From positions 4,954 to 68,953 of the forward strand of contig CAVWSJ010000002.1 of the NCBI GenBank assembly GCA_963757625.1: 64,000 nucleotides of DNA. Reading direction: 5' to 3'. The notes under the pieces were generated by a model. The model worked only from the letters and a program-made list of their open reading frames with translations. It was not told the origin of the DNA and made no database searches. The stretch is from Terriglobia bacterium (lineage in GTDB: Bacteria; Acidobacteriota; Terriglobia; Acidiferrales; UBA7541). Below, piece by piece: positions 57,221 to 64,000 of this stretch (positions are counted from its first letter, which is position 1; the number at the start of each line of letters is the position of its first letter). Made by a program: the position numbers and the translations under genes.

Positions 57221-59929
57221 CTACCGCTTCTTGGATTTCTTCTTGCCGCGCCCCTTTGCCGCGCGCTCTTCGATCACAGCTTGCGCTGCGGCGAGTCGAG
57301 CGATAGGCACGCGGAATGGCGAAGCGCTGACGTAATCCATCTTGACTTGATGACAGAACTTCACGCTGGCGACATCGCCGCCATGCTCTCCGCAAATCCC
57401 GATTTTCAGGTTCGGCCGGGTCGCCCGCCCGCGTTCAATGCCCCAGCGAGTCATCAGTCCGACCCCCGGTATATCCAGGGTTTGGAAGGGATCTTCCTGA
57501 AAAATCCCGGTCTTGTCTTGATCCACGTATTCTGGCAGGAAGCGGCCCGCGTCATCTCGCGAAAGCCCCATAACCATCTGCGTCAGGTCATTTGTTCCAA
57601 ACGAGAAGAATTCGGCTACTTCCGCGATTTCATCCGCCAGCAAGGCGGCCCGCGGAATCTCGATCATCGTTCCAACCAAGTATTCAACTTTTACTCCCGA
57701 TTCCTTCATGACTTCGTCAGCGACTCGGTTCACGGCATCCGTCAGAATCTGAAGTTCTTTCTTGTCCATGATCAAGGGAATCATGATCTCAGGTATTACT
57801 TTAATTCCCTCTTTCTTGCACGCACACGCAGCCTCCATGATCGCTCGAACCTGCATGTCCTGAATTGCCGGATAGATGATCGCCAGCCGGCATCCTCGCA
57901 GGCCCAGCATTGGATTCGTCTCGTGCAATTGCTCAATTCTTCTGGCCACAACCTCCACATCCACGCCGATCTTCCTCGCCAGTTCCTCCTGCTTTTCACG
58001 GTCGTGAGGGACGAACTCATGCAAGGGCGGATCGATCAGACGAATGGTGACCGGCAATCCGTCCATGGCCTTGAAGATCCCGACAAAATCCCGGCGCTGA
58101 TAGGGCAAAAGCTTGCTCAGGGCCTTGCGCCTTCCTTCCCGATTTTCAGCGACGATCATCTCCTGTATGGCGAGCTGGCGTTCGACGCTTTTGTCCGGCT
58201 GTTCAAAATCCTTGAAGAACATGTGCTCGGTTCGGACGAGCCCGATTCCCTCCGCGCCCATCTCTCGAGCTTTCTTGGCATCATGCGGTGTGTCCGCGTT
58301 TGTCCGGACGCCAATTTTGCGGATTTTATCCGCCCAGCCCAACAGCGTGTAGAACGCCTTCGGCAGATCGGGAGTTGAAAGTTTTACTTGACCTTCGTAG
58401 ACGATCCCTTCGTTTCCATCCAGCGTAATCCAGTCGCCGTTCTTGATCGTAATTCCGTCGGCGTATGCCATCCGCGCTTCGTGATCGACCTTTAGTTTGT
58501 CGCAGCCCACGATGCAGCACTTCCCCCAGCCTCTGGCGACAACCGCCGCGTGACTGGTTTTTCCGCCGGTCGCCGTAACGATTCCTTGCGCAACAAACAT
58601 CCCGCCGACATCTTCGGGGCTGGTTTCGCGGCGAATCAGAATAACCTTTTCGCCTTTCAGCGCCATTGCTTCGGCCTCTTCGGCGTGGAAAACGGCTTTG
58701 CCGCAGGCAGCGCCGGGAACCGCATTAATTCCTGAAGCGATTCTTCGATTGGCCAGATCGGATTTCGGCACGGAAGGATCGAGCACGGGATAAAAGAGCC
58801 TGTCGATATCTTCTGCCTTGATGCGCTCAATTGCCTCCTCTTTGGAGATAAGCCCTTCCTTGGCCATGTCCACGGCGATCTGAAATGTCGCCGCTGGCGT
58901 GCGCTTGCCAGTGCGGGTTTGCAGCATATACAAAGTTCCGTCTTCCACGGTGAACTCCATGTCCTGCATGTCGCGGTAGTGCTTCTCCAGGAGGCTGCGG
59001 ACCTTCTCGAGCTGCTTGTAGACCTTGGGCATTCGCTTCGCCATTTCTTTCAAGTGCATCGGCGTGCGTATCCCCGCGACCACATCTTCTCCCTGGGCAT
59101 TAATCAGGAAATCTCCATAGAAGCTCTTTTCGCCGGTCGACGGATCGCGCGTGAAGCAAACGCCCGTTCCGGAATTTTCTCCGGCATTTCCGAAAACCAT
59201 CTGGACAACGTTCACCGCGGTCCCCAGCAATCCCGTAATCTTCTCGACGCGACGATAGGTCACCGCCTTCTCAGCCATCCACGAACCGAACACAGCGCCG
59301 ATTGCGCCCCACAGCTGTTCTTCCGGGTCTTCGGGGAAATCCTTGCCGGTCTTCGACTTGAAATATTCCTTGTACTCTGCGACCAGTTCTCGCCATCCGC
59401 CCGCCGGGACTTGCGTGTCATCCTTTACGCCCTGCCGCGTCTTCATGGCGCGAAGCTTGTCTTCAAGCTCTTCCTTAGGAAGCCCAATCACAACCGTGGA
59501 ATACATTTGGACAAACCGGCGGTAGGCATCCCAGGCGAACCGATCATTCTTGGTGTTTTGAGCCAGAGCTTCAACAGATTTGGAATTAAGGCCGAGGTTC
59601 AGGATCGTTTCCATCATCCCCGGCATCGACCGCGCTGACCCGGAACGCACACTGACCAGAAGGGGATCCTTTGCATCGCCGAGTTTCTTCTTCGTTACGC
59701 GCTCCAACCGGGCGAGATTCTTCTTCACTTCCGCGGCGAGCGATTTGGGGTAGCTGTGATCATGTTTCAGATAGTAATCGCAGCATTGCGTGCTGATCGT
59801 GAAGCCCGCCGGCACAGGAAGTCCGATGCGAGTCATTTCGGCCAGGCCCGCGCCCTTGCCCCCCAGTATCTCTTTCATGTCGCCGTCGCCTTCCGCCTTC
59901 CGCGCACCAAAGAAATATACGTATTTCAC
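57221..59929 (-). CDS. ppdK: Pyruvate, phosphate dikinase
   Basis: LGGKGAGLAEMTRIGLPVPAGFTI, GGKTSHAAVVARGWGK (phospho-His region), RTNADTP, GIGLVRTEHMF, FSFGTNDLTQ, GICGEHGGD. The 902-aa frame is intact. Confidence 0.95.
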   Translation of the reverse strand: MKYVYFFGARKAEGDGDMKEILGGKGAGLAEMTRIGLPVPAGFTISTQCCDYYLKHDHSYPKSLAAEVKKNLARLERVTKKKLGDAKDPLLVSVRSGSARSMPGMMETILNLGLNSKSVEALAQNTKNDRFAWDAYRRFVQMYSTVVIGLPKEELEDKLRAMKTRQGVKDDTQVPAGGWRELVAEYKEYFKSKTGKDFPEDPEEQLWGAIGAVFGSWMAEKAVTYRRVEKITGLLGTAVNVVQMVFGNAGENSGTGVCFTRDPSTGEKSFYGDFLINAQGEDVVAGIRTPMHLKEMAKRMPKVYKQLEKVRSLLEKHYRDMQDMEFTVEDGTLYMLQTRTGKRTPAATFQIAVDMAKEGLISKEEAIERIKAEDIDRLFYPVLDPSVPKSDLANRRIASGINAVPGAACGKAVFHAEEAEAMALKGEKVILIRRETSPEDVGGMFVAQGIVTATGGKTSHAAVVARGWGKCCIVGCDKLKVDHEARMAYADGITIKNGDWITLDGNEGIVYEGQVKLSTPDLPKAFYTLLGWADKIRKIGVRTNADTPHDAKKAREMGAEGIGLVRTEHMFFKDFEQPDKSVERQLAIQEMIVAENREGRRKALSKLLPYQRRDFVGIFKAMDGLPVTIRLIDPPLHEFVPHDREKQEELARKIGVDVEVVARRIEQLHETNPMLGLRGCRLAIIYPAIQDMQVRAIMEAACACKKEGIKVIPEIMIPLIMDKKELQILTDAVNRVADEVMKESGVKVEYLVGTMIEIPRAALLADEIAEVAEFFSFGTNDLTQMVMGLSRDDAGRFLPEYVDQDKTGIFQEDPFQTLDIPGVGLMTRWGIERGRATRPNLKIGICGEHGGDVASVKFCHQVKMDYVSASPFRVPIARLAAAQAVIEERAAKGRGKKKSKKR

Positions 59930-60018
59930 GATGTTGTCCTCTCCTAACGAGTAAGTTCAAATCCGTGGTCCAGTCGGCGAGCCGACAATTCAAATACTTA
60001 AAGTTTTTGTTGAATAGC

Positions 60019-62149
60019 CTATTTCTCCGCCGTCACGATCTCCGAGAAGTCCGCAATCGTTGAAAACTCCGACAGCAGCCCCGAGAGTAGAGTCAGCCGG
60101 TTCTTCCGGACCTCCTCGTCTTCCGCCATGACCATTACATCGTCAAAAAAACGGTCCACATCAGGCCGCAGCCCGGCGATATCCTGCAACGCTTCACGGT
60201 ATCGCCCCTGCCGCTTATGCTGCTCGGCGGCTTTCACCACAGTCGTGGCGCGCGCGTGAAGCTGGCGCTCGGCATGCTCGGCAAACAACTCCGATCGCAC
60301 CGCAGGAAGCTTCCAGGCAGCTTCCGGACCCGCCTTTTCGAGAATCTTTCGGATTCTCTTGAACGATACCGCCAGCGGCTCGAAATTCTTCGTCTTCCGG
60401 ATCGCTTTGATGGCTTCAATTCTGCGCACGGCATCCACCAGATCGTCCGACCCGGCAGCAAAGGCGGCATTGATTTCGTCGTACGCGAGTCCTGCCGTGC
60501 TCCTTCAAATAGAACTTCGCGCGGTCCAGGATGAAATCCAAGACCTGTTTTTCCACTTCCGTCGTAACGGTAATCTTTTGAGGCGAACTTGCGAATGCCC
60601 GGGCCGAACGGGCAATGATCAGGGAGAGCGACACCGGGAGTTTCGTCTCCACCAGAATCTTCACGATTCCCATGGCCGCGCGTCGCAGGGCAAACGGGTC
60701 ACTCGACCCGGAAGGGATCAGTCCGACGGCGAAACATCCGACCAGGGAATCGAGTTTGTCGGCCAGGGCAAGCGCCTGCCCCGTCATATTCCGCGGAATC
60801 GGATCGTCAAGGCCGGCAGGTCTGTACTGATCATAAACGGCCCAGGCAACTTCTTCAGGTTCTCCTTGAGATTTTGCATAGAGGCCGCCGACGATTCCCT
60901 GCAGTTCCGTAAACTCTCGAACCATATCGGTGACAAGATCGCACTTGGAAAGTTCGGCAGCCCGGTCCGCAGCGGCCACGCTGGCTTGCGGAATCCCGCT
61001 GGCGAACCACTGCTCCGCAATCCAGCGTACCAGCGTGCGCACGCTCTCGACCTTGTCGCCGTAGCTTCCGAGCTTGGCCTGATAGGTCACAGCGCCCAGT
61101 TTCGGCAGATAGTCGGCGAGCCGACATTTCTGATCGGTCTCCCAAAAGAAGCGGGCATCGGCGAACCGTGCCCGCAAGACTCGTTCGTGCCCCGCTCGAA
61201 TCAGCCCCGCGCGGTCTTTGTCAAGATTGATGATCGCGAGGAAATGCGGCGCCAGGGATCCGTCCTTCCGCTCGAGGGCGAAGTATTTCTGGTGATCACG
61301 CATCACCGTAATCAGAATTTCGTCCGGCAATTCCAGATAGGCAGGGTCGAACCCTCCCATGATCGCGGTAGGATATTCGTTCAGGTAGGTCACCATATCG
61401 AGGAGACTTGCGTCTTCGTGGATGCGGAGCCCCTTCCCCGCCGCCAGCCGCTTCAGTTCCGCATCGATCTTTTTCCTGCGCTCCTCCGGACGCACCAGGA
61501 CGTAGTTCGCTTGCAGCTTCTGAACGTAATCTTTCGCGCCGCTTATGGGGACTTTCGGCTTACCCAGGAACCGGTGGCCTGCTGAGAATTTGCCTGCAGC
61601 CGCGTCGCCCAGCTTGAACCGCAGCGGCTTGCCGTCGAGTAAAGCGACCACCCATCGGATCGGGCGGATGAAGTGCAGGCCTGAAATTCCAGTCCAGTAC
61701 ATTGTGCGCGGCCACGGAATTTCTGCCACCGCCCGCGGGAGGAGTTCCTCCAGAATCTCTCTTGCCGCTCTTCCGTGAATCACTTGCTTGGCAGCCAGGT
61801 ACTCGCCCTTGGGAGTCATTACGATGGATATCTTGGACAGAGGAAGGCCAACTTTTTGCGCGAAGCTCTCGGCCGCACGCGTGGGTTTTCCGGCAGAGTC
61901 GTATGCGACCGACTTCGGCGGACCGGTAATTTCCTTGACTTCATCCGGCTGCTTTAGAAGAACGCTTGCGCACATTCCCGCAAGCCGTCGAGGCGCTCCT
62001 AGAGTCTCTACTGGGGGGCCCTGAAGCAAGTTATAAGCTTTCAAGTATTTCTCAAGTATTACCTGAAGCTCTCGAATTGCCCCGGAAAGCATCCCCGCCG
62101 GGATTTCCTCACAGCCGATTTCGAGAACGAAGTCTCCAGTGAGCTTCAT
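60019..62149 (-). CDS. glyS: Glycine--tRNA ligase beta subunit, one frame break
   Basis: [16 protein letters not shown]-like (APRRLAG), [32 protein letters not shown]. The C-terminal 139 aa are in ORF 60019..60438. The ATG overlaps the glyQ stop (ATGA). Confidence 0.9.
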
Positions 62150-63093
62150 CGTCCGACCTCGGATACGGCCTCGGCGCTGGCAAGCAGCCCCTGCTGAGCC
62201 AGGAAGTCCACCGCAATGCGGCAGGCGATTGTGCGAACCCTACCGATCAGCTGGGCCCGTTCAGTTGTCGAAATGACGCCCCGCGAGTCAAGCAAGTTGA
62301 ATTGGTGTGAGCACTTGAGGCAATGATCATAGGCGGCCAAAAGCGGGAAGCGCCGGTCCTGACCCGGAGCGCGCTTATCGAAACGATCGAGCAGCTGAGT
62401 GGCTTCCTTCTCATGGAGTTCAAACAGCTTTCTCGCGATTACAGGATCGGCATATTCAAAATTGTAGGCTGAAAATTCCTGTTCCTCGAGCAGCCGGACC
62501 TGGCCATACGTGAAGTCATCCGACCAGCGCACGTCATAGACGCTATCCACGCCCTGCAGGTAGGCGCAAATTCGGTCGAGACCATAGGTTAGCTCAACAG
62601 AAACCGGATCGAGATCGATTCCCCCGCTCTGTTGAAAATAGGTGAACTGAGTAATTTCGAGCCCATCCAGGAGAACCTGCCATCCCATTCCCCACGCGCC
62701 AAGCGTTGGAGCTTCCCAGTTGTCTTCCTCAAATCGAACATCGTGTTCGGAGAGATTCAAGCCAATCGCCGCCAGGCTCCGCAGATAGAGGTCCTGAACA
62801 TCGGCGGGTGAAGGTTTTAGAATTACCTGAAGTTGATGGTGCTTGAATAGACGGTTGGGATTCTCACCATACCGTCCGTCGGCGGGCCGACGTGAGGGTT
62901 GGACATAAGCGACCCGGTATGGGTCGGGCCCTAGGACACGAAGGTATGTTTCCGGGTGCATGGTTCCGGCGCCCACCTCCACGTCGTAGGGTTGCTGAAC
63001 CACGCAGCCGCGATCACCCCAATAACGTTGAAGCTGCAGGATGAGGTTCTGAAACGTCGGTCCCTTTTTAATCTTCTTCAAGTGTTCCTTCAA
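62146..63093 (-). CDS. glyQ: Glycine--tRNA ligase alpha subunit
   Basis: [94 protein letters not shown] start. Confidence 0.95.
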   Translation of the reverse strand: MKEHLKKIKKGPTFQNLILQLQRYWGDRGCVVQQPYDVEVGAGTMHPETYLRVLGPDPYRVAYVQPSRRPADGRYGENPNRLFKHHQLQVILKPSPADVQDLYLRSLAAIGLNLSEHDVRFEEDNWEAPTLGAWGMGWQVLLDGLEITQFTYFQQSGGIDLDPVSVELTYGLDRICAYLQGVDSVYDVRWSDDFTYGQVRLLEEQEFSAYNFEYADPVIARKLFELHEKEATQLLDRFDKRAPGQDRRFPLLAAYDHCLKCSHQFNLLDSRGVISTTERAQLIGRVRTIACRIAVDFLAQQGLLASAEAVSEVGR

Positions 63094-63094
63094 C

Positions 63095-63844
63095 TTATGG
63101 CCTCTCCGCTGCTTCCAGCATCTTTCTCGACACCAGCCTCTTCTCGATGTGCCGCTCCAAAATATCTAATCCATAACCTAAGATTTCACCGGACCCTGCA
63201 ACCGAAGGATTAGAACTAAGCAGCCGTTCAAGGGTTCCAGAAATCGCCATTCTGCCAACTGAAAGCGCTGCTTTAGATACTTCAACCATTCGAATGTCGC
63301 GGCAATTTAAACAGTAGAGCTCCGCGAAACCCGACGAAGTAAACAAAGATTCGCTTTCGATTAACCTGGAGCACCGGGCGCAACGATCCATAGGGCCCAG
63401 CCAGCCTCCAAGCCGGACGGTCCATAAACAAAAGTAAGCGAGCACCGCCGGGGATGCACCATGGATTCGGACCGCCCTTGCCGTCAGCAACAATAACCGA
63501 AACTGAGCTTCGGCAGGCTCCCGCTCACCCAAAACCGCCTCAGTGATCTCGCTAATCAGGGCCAGACTGATGCCAGCCTCATAATTCTTCTGTACGTCCA
63601 AGAATGATTCGATCAGTTCACATTGATTGATGCGAACCAATTCCCTGTTCTCACGCTCGAAATACCAGATCCGGATATAGGAAAACATTTCGAGAGTGGA
63701 GCCAAAACGGCTCTTGGGGAGCCTTGCGCCCCGCGCGACCCCACGCACGCGTCCGACCTTGCGATCGAGGAAGCTGACCAGCCGGTCGCCCTCACCGAGA
63801 GGATAAGTTCGAAGCACAATCGCTTCAGATTCCTTGACTGGCAT
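63095..63844 (-). CDS. recO: DNA repair protein RecO
   Basis: [36 protein letters not shown], and a Cys pair motif CARCSR...CLNC in the C-terminal half. Start at MPVKES (63844). Confidence 0.8.
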   Translation of the reverse strand: MPVKESEAIVLRTYPLGEGDRLVSFLDRKVGRVRGVARGARLPKSRFGSTLEMFSYIRIWYFERENRELVRINQCELIESFLDVQKNYEAGISLALISEITEAVLGEREPAEAQFRLLLLTARAVRIHGASPAVLAYFCLWTVRLGGWLGPMDRCARCSRLIESESLFTSSGFAELYCLNCRDIRMVEVSKAALSVGRMAISGTLERLLSSNPSVAGSGEILGYGLDILERHIEKRLVSRKMLEAAERP

Positions 63845-64000
63845 TCGCTCCACGGGCGGGCTCTGGCCACAGCGCGTAGCGCCCGCAGTTGATTGTCGAC
63901 GCGCCGACCGTTCAAAAAAACCTGCACACTCGATCGACAATCTTTCGCAGATTTGTTACTTACCACAGCAAGCGCCCTGAAGCAATTAAGAACCGGCCTT

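Overview
**Overview.** This is a high-GC bacterial chromosomal window. Single 60-nt lines that I counted by hand give about 60% GC in housekeeping genes. The gene content and four families of short dispersed repeats point to Acidobacteriota. The relevant genes are a tol-pal cluster with an Ig-like Pal, a TIGR03436-like VWFA protein, a CarboxypepD_reg-type TonB receptor and YVTN propellers. The phylum call is an inference and was not tested.

**Housekeeping genes I recognise.**
- aspA, an orphan nuoI, ypdA
- two tandem thymidylate-kinase-like genes followed by ppx and sixA
- parA and parB, miaB plus a DUF151 nuclease
- tolQ-tolR-tolA-tolB-pal-ybgF, ssb
- an ECF sigma / anti-sigma / LTXXQ / MacAB-type efflux block
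- guaA, leuS, nfo, a GH57 enzyme, an LptF-LptG fusion ORF, a TonB-dependent receptor
- udk, ppdK, glyQ, glyS, recO

**Accessory content.**
1. 0.24-4.0 kb: a minus-strand cluster of small beta-rich or secreted proteins of unknown function.
2. About 4.9-10.7 kb: a lower-GC island with a frame-broken secreted Ntn/proteasome-like hydrolase, phage-like genes, an IS30-family element and an intact IS5 (IS427-group) element.
3. 21.7-24.2 kb: a lower-GC insertion between parA and miaB. It carries a translationally coupled DUF3696-type ABC ATPase and a PIN-like protein. This is the best candidate here for an uncharacterised defence-type system.

**Main caveat.** By my reading there are about 60 frame breaks, including many in essential genes. 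They cluster at 10.8-14.2 kb and 24.7-51.4 kb, while 14.4-24.7 kb and 51.4-60.4 kb are clean. This looks like homopolymer indel error rather than real gene decay.

**Limits.** No rRNA, tRNA or CRISPR array was found. All family assignments come from motifs I read in the translations; no searches were run.
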